Shown here: one piece after another, positions 11,867-24,600 of the stretch
Layout of the letters: each line of letters starts with the position of its first letter
How positions within the stretch are numbered: the stretch's first letter is position 1
NCBI RefSeq assembly: GCF_964355755.1
Contig: NC_092673.1
Span: 26,347,648 to 26,411,647, forward strand
Direction of reading: 5' to 3'
From: Antedon mediterranea
Taxonomy: Eukaryota > Animalia > Echinodermata
DNA: 64,000 nucleotides
Notes under the pieces: generated by a model
Told to the model about the DNA's origin: nothing
The model's database searches: none
The model's input: the letters and a program-made list of their open reading frames with translations, nothing else
Made by a program: the position numbers and the translations under genes

Positions 11867-12380
11867 GTATGTACAACAGTATACTTTTAACAACATTGTA
11901 ACAATTAATGTCCTTAACAATTAGGCCTGGCCCTAGGCCTAGTAGTACTAGCTAGGAGGCCTACTATACTAGAGTGCTCTAGCTAGTAACTAAATAATAG
12001 TTTAGTTTAGGGGCTAGGCCCAGCTCAGCACAATGATTTACAGTACCTCCACTGAGTACAGCTTGCTTGGTGGCCCTGGAATGTCTTGTGGTTCAACTCG
12101 TAGCCCACTCTGACACTAGGTTTAAGTTAGGTAGTAGTAGTGTATTTACTTGTATACGTACACTAATTCCAATTAGTTCAATTCATCTGTTTTTATATTC
12201 AATCTCACCTATAATTTGTCAAATTATTTATTTTACTTATAATCCATGAATGATTTAATAATCAAAATTATTATGTTTTAAAATTACAAATCACAATTTA
12301 TAACTCTCGCTTTATTAGTTGGTTTCATATTCAAGCTAGATGCTGTATAACTAAGTACTGAATACAACAATATGTTTTAG

Positions 12381-12790
12381 CGGGTGTCACGAAACCTAAG
12401 ACCACGAAAGCTAAGACCCCCTAAGACCTAAGATCACGAAAGCTAAGACCCAAGACCTAAGATTACAAATATTTATCTTTCGCACCTGCCTTGTTTTTTA
12501 ACTCCCAACATTTATTCTGAATACCACACCTTAGAATTGGCACTTTCATGAAAAAGAATCACATAAAAAGTAACAAATACATTTTTAAATTGATGATTTT
12601 ACAGACGTTTTTCTCGGACACAAAATGACTAGCCTACAGCACACTAGAGGTAGGCCTACCCCATGTTCAATGTTTTTGTTTCTATGGAACGTCAAAAGAG
12701 CAAAAATTATATAGAGGGCTGAAAACTCTGTGGAGTCCATCTACAGTGTGGATGGAACAATGTAAAATTAAAATTGTAATGATAATAGTA
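12381..12790. mobile_element. Partial copy of the MULE-like MITE found complete at 22764-23677
   Basis: Starts cgggtgtcacgaaacctaagaccacgaaagc and matches the reverse complement of 23270-23678. Confidence 0.8.
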
Positions 12791-12859
12791 TAATCATGCA
12801 AGTACGAAGAAATAAATGCTGGCAAATAAATTTTAACTTAAAAATTATGATAAGTTTTT

Positions 12860-14085
12860 TTGTTTCGTCTTTACTCACTCACTAAACAGTCTTTAGTCGA
12901 CCGTATCGAATGATCGCGTCGTTGAAGTTTTAATTAATTACACCTATTCTTTGAACAGAATGGTTTTCGTAAATCATGATTTGACTCTGTGATTTTTAAC
13001 ACGATGACGTCATCAAAGTGAAATATAAAGATACCAATATCAGAAGATAAATATCTAAATAATTACATTAATAAAATTTGAAGAATTTTGGGATCGTAAA
13101 AGTGAGATGCGCTCTCTTTCAAATGCAATGAACATTTACGAAAGAGATGAAAATCCGACTTTTTGAATTCAACTGGACATATGATGACGTCATGACATCA
13201 GATAGACAAAATTTGTATATGAATTCATATCTACAATTCAACAACTTCCATAATAACTTTTAATCACGTGGGTGACTTTTCATTCCGATGAGCGATAACA
13301 GAATAAAATATACTGTATAGATGAAATTAAGTAACTCACGTTATTCTACTTTTTTTTGATGACGTAATAAAAATTAAGATTTTTGTAACTTATATGAAAG
13401 AGAATTGATTGATAAAGAACATATTAAAATCTAGAAGAAAATGGGGAATGCAATTGCCCGATGCGTTCTATTAAATTGTATTGACCAGTACAAAAGACAA
13501 ACAAATTCTATTTTTGAAATTAGAGTAGCCATATGGTGACGTCAGAACATCTGGTGGTGGTACAATTTTACATGAATTGATATCTACAACTCATCAGCTT
13601 CCATAATACATTAAAAAAAATAGGGGTAACCAGCCATCCTGAGGAGCTATAACTGCACAAATTTGCATTAAATTACCTGTTCTTTATTTCATTATTCATT
13701 ATTAAAGTTTAACGTGCACATGCGTCGTTATTTTGCAATTAAAGTTCATCAAAGTAAATGAAATCTACTACAGAAGATATAAATTTCAATTGCAAAAACA
13801 ATTTTTCTATGTTTTGTATGAGCGGTGCGCACCAGTGTGTGCGCAAAATGCAAACAATTTAGAACATTTTGAAATGCTAAAAATGAGCTGAAATGTACAA
13901 AAAATTTATTAGAAATTAATTTTGCGCTTTTTAAAATTTTAAATACGCGTACTCGCATAATTTTTTGCGTAACACGCTATTTTAATCATGTCAAAATTTG
14001 CTCCATATTATGAAATACATTTTTGTAAAATTTCATTGAAAAATAAGTTTTTGTTCACGCTGCACGACTCTAACGAGGTCATCAA
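12860..14085. repeat. Probable non-autonomous interspersed element with internal duplication
   Basis: Two similar ~350-bp halves with repeated tgatgacgtca motifs (13000-13300 vs 13350-13650). No termini or TSD resolved. Confidence 0.35.
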
Positions 14086-15408
14086 TAATCCTCACAACAT
14101 CACAGGATTTCTTCTGATGAGGACATGTGTATTAAAATGTTGAAAGTTTGTCTTTCTAATATTAACTCTTGTTTGAGACAAATACACATGAAGTACTCAA
14201 TATTATTCTTTCATTTCATAGTTTTCATGGATGGTAATGATTTGAAATAATAAAACAAAAATATATTGTTTGCTAATTGCACATTTAATAGGTGGGATTA
14301 ATAACATATATTCTTCTCTGTGTTGGAAATCAGTAATAATCATGAATATTGTTTTTATGAATCAGGCAGGTATGAATTGCCAAGATCTACTCAAGCACTT
14401 GTATTTATAAACACTATACTTGGTGTATTACACAAAATCCTAATTTAATGCTAAAGGTGATGCATTGAGCTGTTACACAACAATACATTCTGTCTGCTCT
14501 ACTTTCCCTTTGTTCATTGGAAAATGAATAAACACAATAAATTTCTATATATACAGAAGGCAGCCATGCAAGAATGGTTGTTGAAGTCGTATGATATCGG
14601 AAATTCTGTTGTCACTTTGCATAACAATACACATCAATAGAAATGTACAGTACCACTGTTCAGAGCAGCGTTTATACTCTCGGGCCAGTGAGCGGGGAAA
14701 GGTGGCTTATAAAGGTTAATAGATTTGTTTTAAAGGAAAACCTACAAAGTATTGCCAGAATGATATTATTATTTTTACTGGAAGTTTCTAATAATTTGTA
14801 GATTAATTTCACTGTAAGTAAATACTGTTTTATACTATGTATTTAAATTACAATAATATTGCCGAAAATATCAGCTTAAATCAATATCAACTTATGATAT
14901 GGCAGTAGGCAATAATAGATTAAACATTATGTTACTAATGCCACCTAAATATAGCTTTGATAAAATCTATTTATTTATATATGTATTGTCCTCCAAAAAC
15001 ACTAATGCAAAATGAAGATTAGTAAAGACAGACATTGAATAGACCAATCACTTCCGAAAAAAAATGTTTTCACTTAAAAAAAGACAAAACAGTTAAATTT
15101 AGCCAAAAACTCATTGACTTCCAGTCAATTTTACTAATTTTTGCTTTAAAATATTGGTTTATTGTAAATTGTAATATAACGATATACTTTTATATTTAAG
15201 AAATCGACCTTTGTATCGGAATTCAAATAGGTTCACAAACTTGACCCAGAAAGTCCAGAGGAGAGTTTGTCCAGATGTTTTAATGACCATTTAGTTTATA
15301 ATAGAGTCCCTAAAGAAAACACTTAGCTTAACTTTGCGACCGTTCCCATCGTAAAACAATTAGATACTGACAGTTTTAAGCAGAGATTCGACAGGGCCAA
15401 TTCATCAT

Positions 15409-15785
15409 TGTAACCTCCCCAGATAAGATCAATCACTCCCACTTAAACACCCCTGGATCAACTTAGGACCAATCGTTACCCTCACAGATTACGTAATTGA
15501 CATATGCTAATGAACTGAGCCAATATACTCCCAAGTTTCAGAAGGGCCCAGACACACCTTACAGCCACCTCACGGAGCACACACCTTACAGCCACTTCTT
15601 CAGAAGCAGACCTACACACTTCACACCTCACCGACAGCATCAATCATTGAACGTCCGTTCCTTATCTATACTTATAGTTGTATATTGTACTGAAGTATTA
15701 TACTGAATAAACAATATATGTGTTACGACAGTCAAGCGAGTCAGAGTCCTTCATTAGTACCTCAACAACGCAACATTATATTACA
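15409..15785 (+). mobile_element. Candidate solo LTR
   Basis: TGTAA...TTACA ends, AATAAA at ~15706, GC-richer than flanks, absent from the paralogous intron at ~44460. TSD imperfect. Confidence 0.45.
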
Positions 15786-16532
15786 TTATTTTCATGTAAA
15801 TAATTTGTTTTCGATCAAAGTTTTGGTCAAAGTGCACTGTATGTGACATTAAAATGGCATATTCAACAAAAATATTCTAAAAATACAATATTTTTAATCT
15901 GATAACATTCCATAAGTAAACATTCTAAAACCGCCTAAACGTACCAAATTTGTCTGACGAGCCCAGGAACCGAGAGTTTGTCCCTGAGCCATGACGGGGC
16001 TCTTAAGTGCCCCTATGCCAAGTGGAGGAGTCTATCATGCAGTTCAGATCTTCCTGGTTGGTATTATGTACTTGCCTCAAGTATTGTAGTATGTTGTTTT
16101 TTTTTTTTACGGCTGTTGCTGTTTTGGTTATTTTTGGCTAGAAATAGTATATTTCATGGTTTAGTTTTTTTTTCAATAGACAATATTACCATAGAGCATT
16201 AATTATAAATGTATTTTTACTTTAGATAATAGATTTAATTGTGCAACAGATATGTTTCCAATAGGTTAATATTTTAGTTAGATTCAATTAAAAAACCATT
16301 TATTATTTAAGCATTTTTGTGTTTTTAAAGATTTTGTTACGTCTAATTTACTTTTACCTAGGCGATGGGTTCGATCAAGATTGCTTAGTTCAATACTGTC
16401 TGGCAGGCATAAGTAGGCAGTTTCATCGACTATAATGTTCTAGGTCATCAAGGTTTTTGCAGGGTTACGCTTTTGTAAACAGAGAGTCTAAAATATGTTA
16501 TTACTATAATAATAAACTAATAATATTACTTA

Positions 16533-16711
16533 AGCATGGTTCCCACTAGCAACGCAACGCAAGGACGTAACGCAACGCAAGTGAATTGACCAATCACAAG
16601 CGATGGCTTATTCGCTTGTGATTGCTAACTGTCTATAACTTCGCTTGTCATTGGTTAAAACGCTTGCGTTGCGTTTACGTCCTTGCGTTACGTTCTAGTG
16701 GGAACCAAGCT
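16533..16711. mobile_element. PIF/Harbinger (Tourist-like) MITE, 179 bp
   Basis: TIR AGCATGGTTCCCACTAG / CTAGTGGGAACCAAGCT with TTA TSD. The empty site tacTTAttggag is preserved in the paralog at ~45631. Confidence 0.9.
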
Positions 16712-16739
16712 TTATTGGAGATGCTGTGCAACTCAAAGT

Positions 16740-17050
16740 ACAGAATACAACAATATGTTTTAGCTTATTATTTGGTTTCATATTCAAGCTAGATGCTGTA
16801 TAACTAAGTACTGGTTTTAGCTTATTATTTGGTTTCATATTCAAGCTAGATGCTGTGTAACTAAGGACAGAATAAAACAATACATTTTAGCTTATTATTT
16901 GGTTTCATATTCAAGCTAGATGCTGTATAACTAAGTACTGGTTTTAGCTTATTATTTGGTTTCATATACAAGCTAGATGCTGTGTAACTAAGTACTGAAT
17001 ACAACAATAGGTTTTAGATTATTATTTGGTTTCATATTCAAGCTTGATGC
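16740..17050 (+). repeat. Minisatellite (~54-70-bp unit, ~5 copies), also at 45660-45890 and 12310-12380
   Basis: Unit ttagcttattatttggtttcatattcaagctagatgctgtataactaagtactg. Confidence 0.85.
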
Positions 17051-17174
17051 TTTGAAATTGTGTGAGGCCCTAGGCTGGTGAATAATGCGTGATTGATAAC
17101 CGACCTGTAGAGTACGCTGTCTATTATTACAATAGGACTAATAACAATGTTTACTGTATTGTGTCTATTAGCAC

Positions 17175-19142
17175 ATTAGTATCTATTGGCCTTCTTGGAC
17201 TTCCGAAAAGCATTTGATAGTGTTTATTGATTTCATTAAGCCGTCTCTCCATACAGTGTATGGAGAGACAGCTTAATGAAATCAATTTGGAATACAGGAA
17301 TAAGAGGAAAGGTATGGAGGATGATTGATAAGCTTTATGCTAATGTTAAAGGTAAAGTCTCCTCTGGTATAATTGATACAGATATTTTTGATATTGATCA
17401 AGGAGTAAAGCAAGGGTGCGTTTTATCACCTGTTTTATTTAGCATCTACATAAATGAGTTTACCAAAATGTTAAGATCCAAGGATATAGGTATTAGAGTA
17501 AATGATACATGGATGGGTAGCCTTTTTTGGGCTGATGATATTGTATTATTAGCTAACAATGAACTGGAAATGAAAAGAATGTTAGACCTTGCAGGAAATT
17601 TTGCTAAGGAATGGAAATTATGCTTTAATTTTGAAAAGTCAAATATACTGATAACTGGTAAACGTGTTGATAAAGTAAGACAATGGAAATTAGGTAATGG
17701 CTTTATATCTGAAACTGAATCATATAAATATCTCGGTGTACATATTTCTCGTAAATTAAATGACCATATACAAATTGAGAATGTTATAAAAAAAGGTCAA
17801 AGATTAATAGCGTACGTTAAATCAATTATCAGTAGCTTTGATAACTTTAACAGAGTATATTATGGGGATACTCTGTGGAGATCGATAGTTCTCCCATCTA
17901 TCAACTATGGTTGTTCAGTATGGTGCTCTTTAAGTAGAATAGATATAGATAAACTAGAGCGTCTCCAGCTCCAAATGGCGCGTTATATCTTAAAAGCACC
18001 TCGAAATACACCTTGTGCCGCCTTATATGGAGAGCTTGGTTGGTCTCCAATTAACGAGATTCATAACGCTCTTCGTATGAAATACTTCCATAGAATTATA
18101 AAGATGGAAAACTATCGATGGCCAAAAATTATGTTTATTGGAATGCTACAACTTAATTGTGAATTTAAAGACTTAAGGTATAAGTTTCTATCTTGTATAA
18201 ACGATATTCTCTTGAAGTGTAATTGTGAATCCAAAAATATTTTCACCACTCTCTCAAATTATAAAGAAGTCTACTTTCCAATTTCTGAAATCTTAAGAAA
18301 ACTTAACTATATAATATAGATGAATGGAGAATTGAATTACAAAATAAATCAAGTCTCCACATCTATGAAACATTAAAATCAAAACCTGGACTTGAAAATT
18401 ACTTAATTGATAAAACTAATTTTGAAGGTGCTGCATTAAAATTTAAAGCTCGTTCAAATACTCTACCTTTGAATGATAGAACTGCAAATTGGAATATTGA
18501 TAATAATAAAAAATGTAAATTGTGCGGTACAAATTCGGACGAAGACATCCATCATTTCATCCTTAATTGTCCAGCTTTAAATAATATACGTAATCAGGAA
18601 TTATTTAATTTATATGTGGATATGTATAGAAATGGCAGCAAAGATATGTTTGATACTTTTTATACTTCTCATGAAAATGACAAACTTAAATATATTTTGG
18701 GATACTCAGATAATTTAATTGATGAAGAGTGTGAAAATATTTTGGATAGTTTTTGTAAAAGATACCTAAAACAAGCATGGAAATTTCGAAATGATTCACT
18801 GAATTCCATGACTCAATAACTATGTTATCTACATTGCTACATTAAGTAAATTGAAAAAAAAAGTGGGGGGGGGGGGGGGGGGGGTTCGTAATAAGCTGTG
18901 TTTATCAGTTGATTTTATTTTATTTCATACACTTGTATTCATTGTGTAAAGTAATGATCTACTGTATGTATCGATGTAAGTTGGGGGGGGGGGGGGGGTA
19001 GGATAGGGGTTGATAGTTAGTTGCTTTTGCCTTTTTTTTACTTTTCTGTTAATTGTTATATTTTATATTGTGAAGGATGCACCTTTGTGCTAAGTGTGCC
19101 ACCGATCTAAAGGTGTAATTCCAAATAAATAAATAAATAAAT
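17175..19142 (+). mobile_element. 5'-truncated LINE (RTEX-like): RT, C-terminal CCHC and (TAAA)n tail
   Basis: FLDFRKAFDSV, GVKQGCVLSPVLF, WADD, YKYLG, GELGW, CKLC...EDIHHFILNC; stop at 18319; tail aaataaataaataaataaa at 19123-19142. Absent from the paralogous intron at ~46015. Confidence 0.9.
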
Positions 19143-20541
19143 AGCATAACCTGGTTTCAGTTTCTTTATAGAAATGATTGAATATGAATTAACGCAGAGC
19201 TAAATTTTCGATTAAATAGCATAGCACGCATGACTGATTTTGTAACTAACAGAACGCAGTAAAAAGGGTGTTGGCACTTTGCATAACAATAAGCATATTA
19301 TAGGCAACGCAAGTCTATTGATGTATAGTAGCGTTATGTGCTAGGCCAGGTAAAAAATCAAGATGGCTTTAGACTAAACTTACTTCATTTATTTTATTTA
19401 TTCAATTTCCAGGTATACAGACAACAACATTAACAAACGAAGTGTGGATGGAGTACCCTGTGGATTGCCAACAGTGAAAGCACTATCAAAGTGGCTCTCC
19501 AATAAACATAGTAAACCTACTGTATGAGGCATTCCATATTTACTCTTTCAGGAAATATTTGATATACGATAGATTCAATAAAGGATGTAAGTTGATAAAA
19601 AATGTTTATTTTCAGAATCATAAGCTGGCTAAGCATTATTTTTTTGATAGAAAAATATATCTTGATCTCTCTAAAATGAGGCAGGAAGATTGGAAAAATG
19701 TGTTATTCTACTCAATTTTTGATTTAAAATCACTATTGTGAGGTATTTGATAAATAGGCAAACTGCCTTAAAATAACTTGACATGTTTCGAGAAACTATT
19801 CTCATCATCAGAACAGAAAACAACGCCTAGAGTACTTATATACCAATAGGACAGGTTTGTAAATGAGGAAGTAATAACTAGCATGATAAAAAACACAGGA
19901 ACGTGAACAACAACCTGTCCTATGTATATAAGTACTCGGGGTTGTTTTCTGTTCTGATGATGAGAATAGTTTGTCAAGATACATGATTTATCTACCCAAT
20001 TTCAATTAAAAAGCAGATAACAAAAAGCTTAATAGTCTAATTACTGTATATATAATATAAGTATTCGCAGTTATATATCAGTACACCAACCCATCAGTTT
20101 TCAACATTCCTACCTACCACAGTTTAATATATTGTTCTCCAAGCTGTTAACCTAATTGTTTTTTATATAAGCATGATTCTGAAAGTGTTTATTCAATGCA
20201 GCTTATTTTTAATTGGTGTATCTCATTATAACTTTGTTTTGTTTTATTTTGACTTAATTTGTGCTACTTAGTTTTGTTATTTTTGTATTTTATAAGTAAT
20301 GATGGAGTAAGAGCAGTTTTCTGTTTGGGCTCATGCCTATTACTTGCTCCTGGCAAGATGAATTGTAAAATGTATTTTATGAACTTTTGCCGAATAAATA
20401 TTATTATTATTATTATTATTGATATTTTAATTTATCAAACACTTAGAAATGCCAGTTATAAAATATGTTTTTGTCTTATTTAATTAAGGCGATAATAGAA
20501 AGAACTTCTGTATAATATGAATTCCATCTTTTTATTTTTAG

Positions 20542-20571
20542 AACTTCAGTGTAAACCAATACAAAAATAAG
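20542..20571 (+). other. 30-nt non-coding exon 2 of the ROCO gene
   Basis: ttttag|aacttcagtgtaaaccaatacaaaaataag|gtaagt; identical exon at 47050-47079. Confidence 0.7.
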
Positions 20572-21086
20572 GTAAGTTGTAAAGTCTATTTTAACCATAT
20601 TAAATGAATGTTGCTTTTAGTTGTAGTTTTAATTATTTTGAGAATAGAAGGAAGTCTGTGTTTAGACTGATAAGTAATTAATGTTTTATTCCCAGTACAA
20701 ATATTCCATTAATTATGTATTATTAGTTACATATTTCTATTGTAATGTAGATATGCATACATTTACACACGTTTGACCATATAATAAATATGATGACAAT
20801 AAGTACTACATATAAGTGACACAGAGAGCTGTTTTACATTCTATAAAGCTCTCAAACTAACAAAACTTTAAATGGAAATCAGTTATTTCATTAATACCAA
20901 CAATAACTTTTTAGAGAAATCATTGATATGTTTAATATTGTATAATTCAACTTTTCAACTTTATCAAATATTTAAATTCCTATAATAAATCATTGATTGA
21001 TAATTTATAAGTGCTGCATGTAATGGAAACGTAATCATTATTAAATTATAGGTGTTTTAATTTATTTGTATATATTATACTAGAAA

Positions 21087-21684
21087 ATGGAAGAATTGGC
21101 AGAACTCCTTGCAAGTTTAAGTCAGAGATATAAAGGTGAGAACCGTTCGTGGCTAAGACTTCTGCTGAATAACCACTGCTCTGGAATGGTATTAAGTAGA
21201 GATGATGTCTCAGCATTTGACTGGTTTAATGAACTTGAAAGCATAGGTTATATTAATCATAACCCTACTGATGTAGAAATTCTGTTAGACATCGCTAAAG
21301 TAACTGAGAAGAAGAAAGCGATAGATTTAATAGAACAGTTTAAAGTGAAGCATCCAAACAATGAAGGGTACAACTTTACCAAGGGCAAACCAATAACAGA
21401 ATATCGCAAAAGACTTTATACAGCATTACGACAAAATACAACAAATTTACCAAGCATGCTTGCCCATTACAGCCTTAGTGATCACAACTTTGCCACAATT
21501 TGGGACTTTGTATTCTTTCTGGAGGTGGAAAAACAACTGGTGGATGAAGAGCAGTCAATGAAAAAGTTTGCAAAACTTCTTGACAAAAATGCCAGTGGTA
21601 TTTTTTTGGGGATAGAAGATAAGAAGTTAACGAGACCAATTGCTGATAAAGCATCTGATAAAAAGATCAGATTTATGAATGAGG
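21087..21684 (+). CDS. ROCO exon: tandem DED module 1
   Basis: SAFDWFNELESIGYI...DVEILLDIA; second DED begins ITEYRKRLYTAL...TIWDFVFFLE, resembling the caspase-8/cFLIP tandem-DED pattern. Phase-1 donor at 21685. Confidence 0.75.
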
Positions 21685-24600
21685 GTAAGTTTATAATTAT
21701 TTTTTTAACCATGTATATGATGTTTATTTTAATTGATTATACTTTTCATAATAATTATATGTAATCTAATATGGTTGATAATTATTATCTAACTAATATA
21801 GTGGATGGTAAACAACTTTTATGTTTATCTTGTAAACATTTATAGTTTTAATCTTTATCTTTAGACCAACAATATACAAGCACTGCTGCATCAACAGTAC
21901 TTATAGTTAAGCCTGTCAAGGTACGATTCTTCCTTCTTTATTGTTAACAAAAAACATAAATACTGTAATGGGTAAAAGTATAATGAACTTGTAAGCAGGA
22001 CTTTAATTAAACATTAATCAATAATTAGTTTATAATTTATATAAATTTACGTAAGGGCATACTATTTTAATAGATTTAATATACGTTATACAAATGTATT
22101 GATTGCCGATGAATGGAACATTCCAATCTCTCTTCCACAAGTGTCTATTCACAAAAGCAAGTACACTCATAACAGAAATTCGATCCATTTTTGTTTTCAA
22201 TCTGTGACTGCAGAGGTGGGATATAGGTATTTTTTTTTTTCAATCAATTAACATGAATTATATACAGTATAATTTGACAATACGCTTGCGTACCCTTTAG
22301 TACGTGCCCACAGATGGTTCTCGAATATATAAAGCTTTGACATACATAACTGGAAATTGTCAAAAACGCAATTCTACACATAATTTCTTCTTCTCTATTA
22401 GGTTACAACGTGTTCAAAATAAGTTTTGTAGGTTTTATTTTCGTAAATTTGGTCAAAATCCCGAGTTAGCTTTACTTAAAGATAGAAGGAATATATTTTT
22501 CTGTCATGATTCTGTCTTCCTATTTTCTGTTTAGGGCAGGATGGTTTGTTATGTTATTGTCTAAATTTTTTTTCCTTTTAAATATTTATTTATTTGGTTC
22601 ATCCAGTTTTTTGGTCTTCTGGTTTGTTCTTCATTTTTATAAAAGATGCCTGTCTATTAAAATATGGATAAATAAAAGATCATTTCATACTGTATAATAT
22701 TAAACGGCTGATGAATGAAACAGCAGGCAAAACTGTTTGTGAACATGTATGATGGTAGGATACGGGTGTCACGAAACCTCAGACCACGAAAGCTCAGACC
22801 CCCTAAGACCTAAGATCACGAAAGCTAAGACCCAACACCTAAGATTACAAATACTAAGATATACTACAGCTTAAAAACAATACTTGTTTATCCATACATA
22901 ATTTTAAACACAGTAGGTTTCATTTATTACCATAAATATAATTTAATACTACCGCAAAACATAGATAAACTCACATTATTTTCGCCCGTTGAGTAAATGT
23001 ATATTTTTTCTTTACAACAAACAAACTTGACGGGTTGTTTGTTGGTATATATTTACTCCATTGTGTTGGTTCAGAGGATGTTTTTCTTACGCACCTGCCT
23101 TTCTTGTATTTTGACTCCAAATTTGTTGACTAACTTTATCCTGAACACCACACTTTAAAATTAGGACTTATAAGTACTTTCAGAAGGAGAAACACATAAT
23201 AACAAATAAATAAATCCTTTAAATTGATGATTTTACAGATGTGTTTCTTTGTACTGTATACTGATTATACTATTATCATTACAATTTTAATTTTACATTG
23301 TTCCATCCACACTGTAGATGGACTCCACAGAGTTTTCAGCCCTCTATATAATTTTTGCTCTTTTGACGTTCCATAGAAACAAAAACATTGAACATGGCCC
23401 ATGGGGTAGGCCTACTGTACTGTAGGCTAGTCATTTTGTGTGCGAAAAAAACGTCTGTAAAATCATCAATTTAAAAATGTATTTGTTACTTTTTATGTGA
23501 TTCTTTTTCATGAACGTGCCAATTCTAAGGTGTGGTATTCAGAATAAATGTTGGGAGTTAAAATACAAGGCAGGTGCGAAAGATAAATATTTGTAATCTT
23601 AGGTGTTGGGTCTTAGCTTTCGTGATCTTAGGTCTTAGGGGGTCTGAGCTTTCGTGGTCTGAGCTTTCGTGACACCCGGTAGGATACATACTAATGATAT
23701 ACATTCATGTAATTATTAAATAATTATTATTTACAGTGTAAAGAATATTAATTAAAGCAATATTGCTACAGTAGTAATTATTGTGATATGAATTTTTTCC
23801 TGGAAAAGATGATACGATGAATAATACGTCTGAGCTATAATAAATAATATACTGTAGTTGTAAAATGAAAGAATCTAGAGCAAAGAACATGTGAGGCATC
23901 GTATATCCAATATTGGAGTATAACCTTATAAAAGGAAGGAGTCTGTGTTTTGCTGTATTTTGTGTTTAGGGATTGGTATAGATATACTGTAAGACAAGTA
24001 TTTTTTACTTCTAATTTTTCGATCCTTGAAACTATAAAGCTCTGTCTACACTTTCAAACAAGTTTGACAAAAAAAGTGTGATGTGCCCAAATATCGTAGT
24101 GATATACTCAAATATCGTAGTGATATATGACATCACCATGTCCATAAATGTTCACATCACATTTTTTTGTCGCACAAAGTTTGATAGTGTAGACAGGGCT
24201 TTAGTTATACTAATTTTTATTTGTATATTTAAATTGTTACTTTCTTGTTATATTTAAGATAAACAAATTTTGTATTTCAGTTGTTGATGTTCACTGTAGA
24301 CTTGATCTATTGTGGTAACGACAGCTGATTTTGATCATGTTCATTAAATAAAAAATATATGCAAAGAAACATTATATTGGCCTGTATCCAGATACAATAA
24401 TATTTAATTATACTTTGATAAAGTTTTACAAAAGTGTATATTGCATTTACCTTTGGTTTATTTATTTGTCTTTTTACATGTTTAACAAATGTTGCTAATT
24501 TTTCAATTGAAAAGGCTACCAATCAAGACTGTTGAAGTTATATGATATATGACGCTGTATAATAAGCGTTGGTACTTTGCAAAACAAATACCTATACTAA

